A stretch of DNA of 64,000 bases. Source: Leptogorgia sarmentosa (Eukaryota). The stretch lies in assembly GCA_964658305.1 (NCBI GenBank), contig OZ210884.1, positions 5,704,001 to 5,768,000 of the forward strand, given 5' to 3'. Of the stretch, positions 37,501 through 52,500 are shown in pieces; position 1 is the first letter of the stretch; every line of letters begins with the position of its first letter. Under the pieces are notes generated by a model that ran no database searches, was not told where the DNA came from, and saw only the letters and a list, made by a program, of their open reading frames with translations. The translations under genes were made by a program, and so were the position numbers.

Positions 37501-40500
37501 AATTCACCACATTTTTCTCGGTCATGAACTTTGTCACAATGTACAATTTGGATACATAACCGAAAGTAAATGCCGTTCCCCATTTGTAGTTATTCCCTTT
37601 TCGAATTTTAAATGGTGACATTTATCTTTGTCGGCATACTACAGCAGACGTTCTAAGTGATACCGACATTCCTATATAACCAACGGAAACCGCGCTTGCT
37701 CTGAGTCAGATGTCTACAAACGAAAAGTAAACCTCATTGGACGAGGCATATCATATTAAGCTAGATAAATAAATCTTGAATATATGGAAGTGGGCTGTTC
37801 TGTAAGCATCTGATTATTTAGCCATATATGTCTAAAAACGTTTCTATTTTGGACTGCGGAAAAATTGGGGTCATCCCATCACCTGGAACCACAGTATTTG
37901 TTATTGTTACATGCCACAATAAATATTACGATATAAAACTCAGCTATATATAATATGAAATAAAATGTTTCAAATAATTTGCACAACTTTTGTGTCTTTC
38001 AACTAGCTGCCCTTTTGCTTGACCTGGTTTGACGTTTACTGAGTCTAGACTATGCGCAGCTTAATACGAAATTTCCTTTGTATAAAAGGGTGAAAAGTAT
38101 CTTCTTTTCTTTTCGTTTCTTTAAGTTTCTTATTAAATTAACACCTTATCGGTTGACTTATTGATTGCAACATTATTTGGTGTGTGGGTTGGATGTAACA
38201 GTTTTAGAACTCAATAAATTTTTATCTTAGTTTATGAACCAATATTAAAACTATTAAATGAATAACTGTGCACTCTTCTTCGATGTGACCATCGCCATTA
38301 ATATCTAAAAATTAAGCCTCAAGGTATTTTTTGGTCGGACGTAATTCAAGAGGCGGGTAATAAAATCACCTTGATAAGTCAATACAAGTTTAATATCCCT
38401 AAAGCATAGTCTGAAACTGTTTATTGAGAACTCGACATGACAATTGTTTTTCCGAGAATGCAATTTATGTACTTCAAATCCTTTACGAATACTGAACAAC
38501 ATGTTGATAAAATATGATGTGTTAATAGAAAAATGATATGGATTACTAATTTCCGATATTCCTAAGGGCTAATTTCCTCTTTACTAAGACGTGTTGATCA
38601 TACGAAAGTTGAAATGAAGAACATGCAGCAGGTATTCAGAAAATTGGCTTCTTATTTGTACAATGTAGAAATTTCGCACCTTAATAATTGGCTACTGCAC
38701 TATCTATAATGCTCCAAAATTATGCCATAAAGATTATGTTTGTCAATACATCTATCTAGTAATCTCCTTGTCTGGTTATTTTCACATAGCCCTACTCACA
38801 ATATATCCTTTCATTGGAATATCAAATTACGGATGGAAATAGAATAAGTTATTTATATCCACAGAACAGTAGGAAGGTGCCAAGTGGTCTGTGTTTCAAT
38901 ATGAACTAACCAGGAATATCCTGCTTCTGCGTGGTTTGAATTTTTTTCAATTCTTTCATTTTGATTTATTTCTCCTCCCGTATATTGAACCGAAAAGAGT
39001 TTGGTGCCATATGTTTTCGCAACTACAGAGCCCCTCAGGATTGCCGCCGACATTAATATAGCTACTGAATTCTGAAATATAAACTCGCGAAACACACTAG
39101 TTTGGAAAAAAATATTTCTACAAAATAATTGAGGAAAGAGTCGTACAAAAATGTTTGCTATACAATATGCGTGTCATGTGCGCCATGCGTGACCAATTGT
39201 AGTTATAATAAAGTGTTGCACCCAACAGATAGGTTTAAACCTAATCGTACGTAATCCATCACGCAATCAACACGAGAACCTAGAATAATAGCTTAACGTG
39301 CGGTAGAATATAACGTGGGGAAAATAAATAGTATTATACACACTTTGATTCAATTAGGGCACGCAAGGTACACGCTACATAGAACACACAGAGCGCAATC
39401 ATGGACCATCCCAGGTAACGACATGCTCTTCCAACACGCCACGCAGCTATAAAGTTTTTATAATGACTGGTTCATCTTTTTCGTCTTACTTGAACGTCTC
39501 TAAATAAGATGTTAGTATAAATCAATACAATGTAGTCTATGGTGGTACTGTTGGCACTTGGCACGTCGAAATCACGATTAATCTAATTTACATACTATGC
39601 GTCATATCTTGCAAATCACGTCCTGCAGGGATGTATATCAAAACAGGAGTTGGTGCAAAAGGGATAAAAATGAGTATTAGACTATAGTAGTGGTCTCACG
39701 ATCAATACATAAACTTGACCTGGTCTTGCTTGATATTTAATTAATATTATTAAATTTGATCATGGTTCAGTAATTCTGTAATAACGTTCAGTAATTCTGT
39801 AATAACGAGTAAATATTTCTTTTTTAAAAGTAAAAAGTTTGGTGTGGAGTTTGTGACCGTTTTAAATATACAGTCTTGTGCATTTTTGCATGCAATGGTG
39901 TACTCAGACTCATGTATGTCCTGTGATCTGAAAAGATTGTTTGCATGTTACAGTTTCGCATGGCCTTTTTTTCAGTATATTGATTTCCAGCTGACATTTT
40001 ATATAACTGAGATTGACGCAGGTTGTTTTATTTTTGATTTCCTGAGAAATATTGAAAAATACTTTGGTCCTTTCAATCAAACCGTGGGAGACATACGTAT
40101 TTAATTAAAGATGCAACCAGCAGGCACACTAACTTCAACAACTAATGCAAACTCGTGAATGAATGTTTTATTAAAATTGAAATCATTTTGAAATCAGAGG
40201 AAGATTACTTACAGGGCAAATCAGAATTTGCAATGATAGTTTGCATAAAATGCTAGTATTTGTTGCTATATGTAGTTTTAAAGTCTGTTCAAACAATCCA
40301 TTTCATACTTTACTGGGATTTCAAATGCCCCGTTTTGCTTCGTCCTTTTAAAGGCACTCATATTTCGAGTAATGGTATACATACGCAGTGTTCTGTAGAT
40401 CTCGCTGGAACGTGGATATGGCTATAAAGTATTAAAGATGATATGGATAACAATTCAATTTACATTTTTTACTGGAAGTGTGAACAGGTTGACGGGATTT

Positions 40501-43500
40501 GCGTGACACTTGTAGTACTTGTTCGTTGACAAGTGATATGCTAACTTTTAGATCGTGATAGGACATTTTACTGTTGAAATGAAAGATAAGCCATTGCGTA
40601 CGCCCTAGCCTAGTTCACATTTTAATCATAACTCTTGTTTATCGGTAAATACATCAACTTTATAAACTTGATAAGATCACAGACTGATTGTGCTTAGTAT
40701 TTCAAAAATTACGAGTATAGCTGGTATTCCAGTCACTTGCATATTTTAAACGACTAGTTTTTGTTTCGAGAAAGCCAAGTTTTGTGTAATCATTGTCCAC
40801 ACAAGTTACATGGATGCAAGTTCATGACGACTTTCCATGATTATGTGATATAATTTTATTTTCGTGAAAGGATAGTTTGGAGTACTTGGGGGAGAACCCT
40901 AAAAACGTGAAGCCTGATAATACATAAATTCAGGTGCGAAAGAAAAGTTCTGTCAACATCTTTTCCATCAGTGAGTTAAATTGGGTTTCTTTATGGCACA
41001 TGCCGTTGCTGTTTCGGCACGAGGTAAATTCCTTGCAATGAAATTGTTGTAAATGGTGACGCCCTATTCTCATTTATGAGGGAAGACCGTCAATGGAGCG
41101 GTCAATATGACGCATGTACTAATTTGATGCCAAAATCGGAAGCCGGTGTTCATATGCCAACATATGACTTCAATTTGAATACGTCCATGCATGCAGGTTT
41201 GGCAGAGTTACTAGAAGTACCGCAAATTCACCATTCGTGTCGATTCGATGCAAGAAAAACTGAGATTGTTAATCAAAACACTGCCAGGTACCCGATGTGC
41301 ATGTAGAGAGAAATCTCCGTACATCTCAGCGTAAATACCGCCACTGAGTCGCCATATCTTACAGTTGCAATTATGCAATTGATATATTTTCTCTTTTTGA
41401 CGTGTTTCAACAACAGGAAATTAGTGAAGTCGCATTTTTAAATCTCTATTGATTATCCACAGGGGACTTTCGTTAAAAATTGAGTTCATCAGAATATCTC
41501 CAGGACACAATTCACCGTATCATTCCACACTAATTATATAAGTCGATGAATTGAAATACAAAATATCTAACAAAAATATTAACATTAATTTTAAGGGAGT
41601 ATCAGACCATATCAAAACTGGTTCGAAACATATGATATGAGCGTACATAAGTCTATGAAATTTGAAGATTTACAAGAAGTACAATTATAGAACCGAATCT
41701 GACTGTAACGTGCTAAATTCCGAAGCTCTTTCCAGATTTTTTCACATCTCAGGTGTGTGGAAGCTGCGCGGAATGCGTCAAAATTGGGGTTAGAGTAATG
41801 AGGTTTATGTTGTGCATTTATGAAGATTGTGGTTTGCAAAGAATTTAAAGAATACACACATTTATAAACCCTCTGCGCTTCAGTTTGGCAAGTTCAAAAA
41901 CGTTGTTATGTGGATTTTAGATCAATACGAAATTGAAAATGAGCAAAGCCAATTAATTAGATAATTCTGCTTCGTTAGCTAATTTTGGTATTTGAATCTA
42001 ATGCGCTCCCGAACGAAATCTTTTACTGTATTATCATTACAAGAATACTCATAATTGTATTCCATAGCAGTGATTTATTTTTAGACAAGTTATAAATAAT
42101 TCATCAAATATGCGTAGAAGCTATTTCATTGTAATTACGAAAACGAGAATTATCATTTACCATCAAATGTTATTAAAAGACATTTCTATTCTTTTGATAG
42201 TGATGAATAATTTATATACCTATATTATTGTAGCAATTGAGATGCCCTCCCCTTGGCGTCAACCCGGACACGACTTCGTGTATTATCTTTTGACATAATT
42301 ATGTTACATCCCATATTAAGGGTCAAAAAATGAGAGCGAAGAGATTTCTTTATGGTATTTTCTTCTTTCACATATCTGATTAATGCTAAAAACTGCGTCA
42401 AGAATGCAGCATGCATTGCTGCATCATGTCTTTGCATAATTGGAACAGAACTGCAAAATTTATTAGGTAGCTATGAGAAGTTTAAGTCACCCTACTTACA
42501 CACCGGATCAAATGATTATGATATTGTGGTGAAAGAGAAACTGGGGCAACGGCTTCATCCAATTTACAACTTGGTCAAGAATGTTCTCTAGAGCGGTATG
42601 CTTCCACCATAAGTATGAATAAAGTATGAAGGTAGTATTTTTGAAGGACCAGTGGTTACCTTTTAGAGATAGATGATCGAGGCACTCCTACCATGCATAT
42701 AAGATAGATATAGCTCCCATATCGTGAAATGAGGGAAAGGCGATATATCAGAATTATCGCTTCAGAGACGATGTCATAAATTAAAAATGAAAACATTAAA
42801 ACTGTAATTAAACGTTCAAACGCGAAGCGACATTATGTATATAATGCATGGATATCATGTGAGTATTTTAGCTTGCATTTCCATGTGTTCTGTATGCATG
42901 CTTATCAATCTAAGTACTTAATTTCCTTGCAACTTCCTCGAAGTAGTTAATTCGATTGGATAATTAATTAAGGTGAAATGCAACATCCAAGAGTCAATCT
43001 TTGGATCGTTTCGTTATTGAATTCAACTTTGACTTATATTCTCAAGGAAATTGCCTTAATCGTAAACAGTACCAAAGAGTTCCCAATTTCCTCCGGAGTC
43101 GTTATCAAGCAGTATTCACGTAGAAAGAAAAAAATTATGCTGGATTTAGACCTCAACTTTGAGGAATTTTAATCTAGGGTTTAAAGAAGAATCACTTGTA
43201 TAGCTTACCCCTTGAGGATTTGTCCATAAATTAATCTTATTTTTTAACAGACACCTTTTTGTGACTGCTTTTATGATCGTTGTAATATGAAAAATATTTC
43301 ACATGTAAGTGGTCTTGACCTTGAAATCAAGATAAGGTCAACAAATTATCAACAATACCTCATTGTAGAGTGACAATCTTAACTTTATTTCAAGGTCAAA
43401 TCCAATATAACGTCTCGGCTGCCACAAAACATCAAAAAAATCTTGAGAGTAATCTCTCAATACGATTTAATTAATTAACCCCAGATTAAAATGCTTCAAT

Positions 43501-46500
43501 GGAGATTTTGCTGAAATTTTAATCCACCATAAAATACCTGAAGTTGTGGCATAAGAACCAAATTAAATTAGACATGTCTGTGGGATCATTTGGTACATTT
43601 TCTTATCATGAAAATGAGAAAATCTGTTAGTATTTTTTTTTAATATTTAATAAGGTTTAATAGCATTTATATAATAAGATTTGAGCTCGAAATAAACATC
43701 GAAGATTACATTAACCAAATTCAACAAATAACCATTTCCTATCAGGAAATGTAATTTATTTTTCGCCATTTTATCTTATTTTCACACAAAACAATACCAT
43801 TTAGCAAACATTTGAAGTCTTTGTTGCCCATTCTTTATCAATTGGGGAGTGTTGTCCAACCCCCTCCCCCTTCCCGGTCGTTTCATGTGATTCCGGGAGG
43901 GTAGAAAGTCAATGAAACTTCACAACCTTACGTAGGTTCTATGTTGCATAAATTCCACTAATGTAGATAGCTAAGAGTCTAAGACCAAATATAGAAGCAG
44001 GAGGCTGGTGGTGTTTCAACGTTTAATTGAACCAATCCAACTCACTGTCACGGGATCCGAATGTATAGAATTTTTGAAAGTGAAAAATCCTTAAAAATTG
44101 ATTCTTTTTCTTAGTCCTGATTTTAATTTCCCAATATATTTTCTTAATCAATATCAATTAGTTAATCTGTTTTTTTTTTGTATTGAATTCGTTACGTCCA
44201 CCAATTGTAAAACAACTAACGTATTGTGCTATATATGCACTACATTTATTCACTGCATGAACATATGTGAAAGCTATTAGTGCAATTTCCTGCATTGTTT
44301 GCAAACACGAGCCAATACATTTGAATCATCAAAGGGGGAAACAGTTAATTAACTAATTCCATGTTCGGCCTTATGCAATACACTCAATAACAGTTCAAAT
44401 TCACTTCACAGCACGACATCGTTTCATGGGTTGTCGAATAAATTAGTGCGATATTTTTAGCAATTTATATGCGCCAAAAGAGCTCGCACCGCTGTAAAGG
44501 TCAGAAGGAAATTGTTATAACCACTCCTTTGGTTAACATTACGACTATTAGAACTGATTCAGTTATTATTTTCCTTCATTACATTATAAACCACAAGAAA
44601 ATGATCACCTTGGTTATTTGATTCTGGAATATTAGTTCTAGATTGTCCGTACTGTGTATTTGAACACTGAATCACCTTTCTGGTTCTGTAAGAAAAGCAC
44701 TGAATTGCGTTGTCGCATATTTGTTATCATCCTTTAACAATTTGGCGGTGTAAAAAGGCACCATGCCAAAACATTAAATCAGAATTTTGTAATCAAAACA
44801 TTAAATGAAAGTCAAAATTTTTATTCCAGCTGAACCATTTTCAGTTATGAGGAAAGATGCACAATTTTTGCAAAATTCCAATTTTAAAAGTTACTGCATC
44901 GTGTTCTCCTCTTCTAGAATCATTTCACGTCGTCATTGGTCAATCTTTCTAACTGTGTTTTTTTTCCAGCGACCTCAGTGAGAACAATCTAAATTTCCTA
45001 CCCGACCCAAATGTCACAATGGAAAATCTGCGGAAAATGTAAGTTTACATACGTATCTGTTTACCATAAAGTTGCTTTCGCAAAAGACCGCAATTGTTTA
45101 ATATGCATGGGGAATGAGGAATATATATTTTCTTGGTGCACATTTATTAGAAATTAGATTTGTAAAATATTCCAAGTATCTGTTCCTCTTTTTTTAGAAA
45201 CCTGAAAGGTAACAGTTTCACTGCTGTTCCAGTCACCGTTAGGATGAGAATGCCCAATCTGAGATCTTTGTAAGTCTCAATTGTAATGATCTAACACATT
45301 TGGTTGACTATAACCAAGAAACCAAAGGCGTGGTTCGCTTTTAAGAGGCTTTTTATTGCACCATAAAGTACTCTACAATGAAATTACAACTACTATAAGC
45401 TACTACAATCTAAAATCTTAATTAGTTTGTCAGCAATCTAATTCGCTCATTTTATTTTTCTCATTTGTTTACGAGTTTGGTACCAACTATAATTATGAGG
45501 CAAAACGGAATAAAATTCAAATCATATCTATGCACTAATATTGTAGGTATCTGTTCCAAAACCAAATCCAAGAAATCGACGTTTGGAAACACCAGAAGCT
45601 ACAAGCGCTGTAAGTTATTTTTAATTTTTACTAAACCTTGATAAAATGCGATCGAGCGCGATTATTTGCAATCTTGGCAACCGGGTTTTTTTTATGCCTG
45701 CATGCGCGAAGGGAACAAGGGGGAATAATATTGTTTAGAAGATGTGAAATTAATTGTGTGTTTTTATTTCTTAGGGAACTAAACGAAAATAATTTAGAAA
45801 CTTTTCCGCAACTTGTGATGCCAAAGTTAAAGAGATTGTAAGACATAATTTAATCATTTTACAAGAATAATTTTTAGCTGATTATGAAATAGTCTTGTAA
45901 GACTGTAATGTATTTTCATATCATTTGCACCGGCACTGGCGTCATATCAATGTTTAAGCGAAGTTCAAAGTTAACTTTGTGTCTTAATCATGCAACGGCT
46001 GCAAATTCGTATGTTCTCAGTTTACATAAGACTTATCATATCCATGCCATTGAGCACCATCAAACACTACGAAGTTTATTTAAGCTATCACAGGGAATAA
46101 ATTCAGCTAATTCAGGGAATAAATTTCACCAACCAAGGTGACGGCCAATTGTAAACCACCTTTACACAGAACTATGTAATATTGGTAGCAAAATAATTGA
46201 TAATGTAAAATATTTGAAAGTACTGAACAGTCAAAATATTCTATTTTACTTATAATGTGTAGGCTCCTTCAAAATAATCGACTACAAGAGATTCCAAAAA
46301 ATGCGCTTGATAATCTTCAATCGCTCAACACAATGTAAGTAGTTTAAACAAATTTGCTTACAGTTGGCAGATAATTACTGGGGGGAGAAAAGGTAATCTT
46401 CTTGGAGGGAAATTTTTTGACCAAGTCTATAGATCGTTTAAATTCGGAATAGTTTTGCATCGGCTCTTTCCGAAAATGCCATGGTTTTTTCAATATTTCC

Positions 46501-49500
46501 ATTACTTTACATATCGAACAATATAAGAGACTCCCCATTTGATCTTTTCTGGATAGGATTCCCCAACAAAAAACTCAATGTGTTCAATTAGTTTGATTAG
46601 AAAAGACTTCCCTGCGACTTTATTTCCTTTTTCCCTACGACTCGCCAAAACTCATGAACTATCACTGCTGTTTGCAACTGTTGATCAGAAAAGAATGCAT
46701 TGTAGCTAATCGTTAATAGCATGAAATTTTTAACATTTTAGTTCATTTTTGCAAAATGATCTGCAGTTTATCCATCCAGATTTTCTTGGGAATAACACCG
46801 AGAGTTTACTATACCTGTAAGTACTTCCCTGCTTGAGTATATTAAGGCTGCAATTCTCTTTAATTAATGCCACAGCAGTTTGTCAGTGGCAACCAAATCT
46901 ACTTCATCCTTAGAAACATATAACATGATAATTCATCATTTCTTTCACGATCGTCACAGCTTAAGACAAGATATAAGAAACGATAAACATAAGCGTACGG
47001 GCTACATTTTTTCAGGGGCAGAAAGATCTTCGCCCGAATTTGAGGGTAGCGAATGTCACGAGGCACCACCATGGTTGGCGCTGAGCGAGAATTTTTTGAA
47101 CTTTTACAACCTCTGGATTGCCCCCTTTGCCCCCCCCCCCCCCCCCGGCTCGTACGCCTATGACGATAAAGATTCTATGCAACTTTGAGAAGGAACGTCA
47201 TATTGCATATTAAACTAATTTCTACGTTTTGTCTAATTATGGTTTACAATTACTGTATAAATATGTAACAACAGTATACAATTTTTTCCTACATGTACTT
47301 TTCAGTGAGTTGTCCGAAAATTTTAAACTTTCAACAATACCATTTGAAAGTATCAGAAAGCTGACGAACTTAGAAGAACTGTGAGTGCAACTGTTTCAAA
47401 TCTTGTTCCTTGGGCTTGAGAAAAAAAAAACTATAACCATTTTTTTTACATTTTTTAGAGTTATTACAAACACAAATATCACTACCATCCCGGATTTTGC
47501 ATTTCAAGGTCTCAAAAATCTGGACATTTTGTAAGTGATGTTGACAAATGAACCTATAAACTTACCGTACATGAAATATTACGGACACATTCCTCCAAGG
47601 GATCTCGTGTTCGCTCAGAAAAGGTTGTCCGAATAGAAATCCATTTTGCTGTATTCACGCGATTATATCTTTAGTCATTCTGTATAAAACTATTTGAAAT
47701 TTTGAAATTGGGTTATAAAAACTATAGCTCTGACAAAAATACGGAATCGAAATAAAGTATATTATTGGAGATATTCAGTTGCTTCAGACAAAAAAGATTT
47801 TCTATCTGACAGCTAGGTCCCAGCCCTTTTCCATGTATTCGGTCATCACAATATATTAACCTGGAAAACTGTTGAATTGCGAACAAACAACTGCTGAGTT
47901 TGTAACATTATCCTAAGTTAATGTCGATCTTTCATGCTTTACAGAAAAGTATCAGGAAGCCAAACAAAAGATTATGATATTGGAAAAAAAGCCTTTGACC
48001 AATTGCCTAATCTTACCATACTGTAAGTACCAGCCTAAACTGGCAGCTTCTTTTTTTGGGTTCAGTTTTATTCGATAGCTTTATTGCACCACCATTTTAT
48101 ACGTTTCCCTTTTCTGAATCTCCTGCTGTTTGCTCTTACCACACGGTTTTCATTTTCGCCTAATATGTTATCAATTGCTATTATGCAGGTCGCTTGAAGA
48201 ACTTCAACTGAAAAATGTCCCAGATCTCACAGGAACTCACAGAGTGGAAAAACTGTATGTATTTTAGCATAACCTATGATTAATAATTATTTCATTACAT
48301 GCAGTGCTTGGTAATATAGTATACTACTAACATTGCGCATACACGCTAACACAAAATCATATTTGCATTTATATTGTGATTTGTGAAACTATTTACTTCC
48401 CGTTTCAATTTAGTACCTTGAGTAAAAATCAGCTTGAATATTTGCCATCCAACATTTGTGAAATTCTACCTAATTTGGAGGATTTGTAAGTACATTAGTA
48501 AAACGACATGAAAATGCTGTGCAATACATGAAAATGCTTGCTTACACCAACCTACCTTGCATTGCGTTCCGCTGCAGCCATGCATTGGATAAATATTTTT
48601 TGCCTTGTTTAATTTTCTCGAGTAAGGTATAACATAGCAGTTTGGATCTGTATTGTTTCTGATAAATTTAAACCGCTGCTTATTCTTTTGTTCCAGGCAT
48701 GCCAGTTTCAATAAATTGGCGGCTCTTCCGAATCTTTCGAGCTGCCAATATCTTAACGATTTGTAAGTACAAACTAACATATAAAAAACCATATACCTCT
48801 AGAAATATTGTCTGTTTACGCATGGCGCACGGTAGTTGCACACAACTAGCGCATGCTCTGTTGGAGTAGTAACCTGATGCAAAATCGAAGCAGTAACTAA
48901 TTGGGTTTTTTTAATTTTAGTGATTTTAAAAACTATTTTTGCTTATATAGGGAAGTCAATCAAAACAAATTAACAACTCTTCCCAGTCTTTCAGAATGCA
49001 AAGAACTTATTCTTTTGTAAGTAACACATTCCACATGTAGGAACGGTGGTAGCTAATATCTCACTGTATCACACCATTTAAATGTGCATTTCTAAGGTTT
49101 TCAAATGAGAACTCTTTCACGGAAATCAGGCATTGATCAACCGCGCCATTACAACACTACAACACGTCACGAGATTTAAAACATGCATTAAAGTTCTCAA
49201 GAAAAACACTACAGAGGAAACCCGTTAATATCACGTGCCACTGTTTGCCCAGACTATTATTTTTGTTGTATTAACGAGGTACACTTGCAGTAGGAAACAC
49301 ATTTGCAAATAAAAATGATGGTAATAAACAAGGTGGTCGTGAATTGCGGGTTCCACTGTATTTAGTTAAACCAGTATGCTTGATGTAGTTATTAATTTAG
49401 CTATTTAATCGGTCATTAAACCTACAACTATATTATGTATATGTATACTTCATCTTTTTTATTTTTACTCAGAAGTAGAGCGAAAGAAGCCATTCGCATT

Positions 49501-52500
49501 GTATTCATTATTTGACTTTTAAAATATATTTTACAGAAAAATGGACAACAATCATATAAAAAGCTTTGGAAATTCTGTTAATGGCGTTCAGTCACTATTG
49601 GACATGTATGTTGCTTATATATAAATTGCTCTACATTGCTATACGATTTGAAAGGAAACAATTTTTGTTCATATATCAAGACATATACTATAGCTACGTT
49701 CGATTTTAACGACGGGATGATGATTATAATGGTGAAAACATGGCTGCCCTGCCATTATGCTTGAAATTACCCATGCAGCATGCGAGAATGCCTAGTAGAA
49801 ATTTATATTAATGTTTGCTGGCTTGTTCACTTCATTCGTGTTTGCGTTTTAGGGTGGTATAATGTTTAGTCTGAAATACCTTTACCTATATAATAAAAAA
49901 GATATATGACATGTTAGGGGCGTTTAAATTACAAATAATGTGCTTTGAAACGATCATGCACTTTGATTGGGTGTGATCAGATCATAATTTTTAATGACGT
50001 TCATTAATTTCAATTGCAAAATTCCAATTCAATTGTACAGATCTGCGAAAAATAACAAGATTGAATCAATTGGAGAAAATGATTTTAAAGGATTAGAAAA
50101 ACTAGAAACACTGTAAGTATATTGGGCTATTTCTGGGGTTTAGGGGGGGGGGGGGGGTTGTTCGGTACCCAAATAAAGTTCCAGTGGAGGTTCACCTTTT
50201 TCGTATAATTACATGCATAAGCGTAAATCAGTCGTGTAACGGTTGGGGTTTAAAATTGTCTCCAAAAGATGACGTCCTACTACAATTTGGAAAATAATCA
50301 AAAGATGTTTGAATATTGATTTATGCTGTGCCCATATTCGAATTGAAAAGGCTTCAGATCTTCACACATCGTGTATGGTAAAATCCTATTTAGCAACGCC
50401 CTATAGCTACTGTCTTAAAAAACAATTGTATTTGGTTTAGCCTGCGGGATCTCGATCGCCCTTCATGTAGAGTTCGTTTAGCTGTTCAAGTATCAGATAT
50501 TGAATTAGTTTTCAAATAAAAAGCCGAATCTATTCCCATTTTTGCACAATACGTAAAGTTTTATTTGCTCTTCTTTTATAGATTCCTTCAAAGTAACAAG
50601 ATATCATATATTCATAAGAATGCTTTTTCTCACTTCAGGAACTTGAACGTGTTGTAAGTATACGATTTTGGAATATCCTAAATCTCTAATGCAATACACT
50701 ATTTTTTTATTATTTTTACTATTATTCCAATATATAAATAAACAAATTTTGTTTGGGTTTGATAAGCACTTAGATAAGCACGCGTGCAGTATTAGGTTAT
50801 CGGTGTTTTCCCACTAACAGCTTCAATCTTCTCAAAAAAAGTGCTTCTCAATAAAATGTTTTGGAAATGAACATGTTTAGCAATATCGTTAAATCGTATC
50901 AGCTTCGACTAATTTAATTTCGATTTTTTTCAGAATGCTGGCAAATAACAACTTCCCAGAATTACCAACTCTGGGTCTTCAAACAGTAGAGAAGCTCTCC
51001 ATAGAAGGAAATTCAAAACTTTTAAAATTTCCTCCTCCAAGGCATTTCCCAAGCATCAAGCATCTGCATCTTTATTATCCATACCATTGCTGTGCGTTTT
51101 TAAATCGAAAGCACGACCCAAACTATAACGATACAACCCAACATTTAATTGTAAGTATATAACAATTATTATAAGGTAGCTATAAGGAAAAAAATTCAGA
51201 ATAATAATACCATCTTTTTTAAACTCAAGATATGAGCTATTAAGTTGACAGGAGTGGAAACATTGACAAGGAAGCATAATGTTTCCATAACAATGCGTCC
51301 TAATTTTCCCAGGGCTTAAAAACAAAAAAAACATGTCTACGTTTAATTTGCTCTAAGATTTTGGACGTATTTGTTAAAATATTATTTTAGGTAATTTTTT
51401 TTTGTTCCCGAGTATAAGACATATACATCGTATTCGTATTTCTAATTCCCAATGCCTGTTTTTTAGCAGGAAGGCATCGTTGTTAAATGGGATTGGTTGA
51501 CCGATAACCATCCTAACGATCAATTTGCTAACGCGGAAGGGTCTGCTGATGAGTCACAAACACAGGAAATGACTTCGGACGCACCGCAACCAATTGAATG
51601 TATTCCAAAACCTGACCCATTTTTTCCATGCGAAGATCTTATGGGAGATTGGTTACTAAGGTGTGGAGTCTGGATTGTGTTCGTGCTAGCATTATGTGGA
51701 AATGCTACAGTAATTATCGTTATCCTCGCCAGCCATACAAAGATCGACGTTTCACGATTTCTAATTAGTAATTTGGCGTTCGCAGATCTTTTCATGGGCA
51801 TTTACCTAGGCTTCTTAGCCGTTGTGGATATCTCGACACTGGGCAATTTTAAAAGTTACGGTGTTGAATGGCAGCAAAGCCACGGTTGTCGTACTGCTGG
51901 TTTTCTTGCTATTCTTTCCAGCGAGCTCTCTGTGTTTACGTTAACGGTCATCACACTGGAACGGTACATTGCCATCAAAAACGCAATCCGAGTAAACCGG
52001 AAACTACAGTTGAAAACTGCAATCATAGTTATGATCGTTGGATGGGTATTTGCACTTGTCAGTGCGACGCTACCGTTGGTTGAAGTGAACAGTTATGGAA
52101 AATTTTCGGTGTGTCTGCCGTTTGAAATTGAGGATAAAAAATCAATCGTGTTCCTAGTTGTCCTGCTCTGTCTTAATGCTTCAGCTTTCGTCGTAATTCT
52201 GTTTTGCTATATCTTGATGTATTGTTCAATTCGTGGGTCCAACGCGTGGAACGCGAGTGATTTTCGTGTGGCTAAACGTATGGCATTGTTGGTATTCACG
52301 GACTTTATATGCTGGGCTCCGATAGTGTTTCTCTCTCTTACTGCCGCATTTGGTTCAACCATCATCGGCCTAAATCAGGCGAAGATTATCACCGTGTTTG
52401 TGTTTCCACTTAACAGTTGTGCTAATCCCTTTTTGTACGCCATATTTACTTCCAATTTCAAGAAAGACCTAGTGGCCATCTGTAGAAAAGTTGAGGATAA

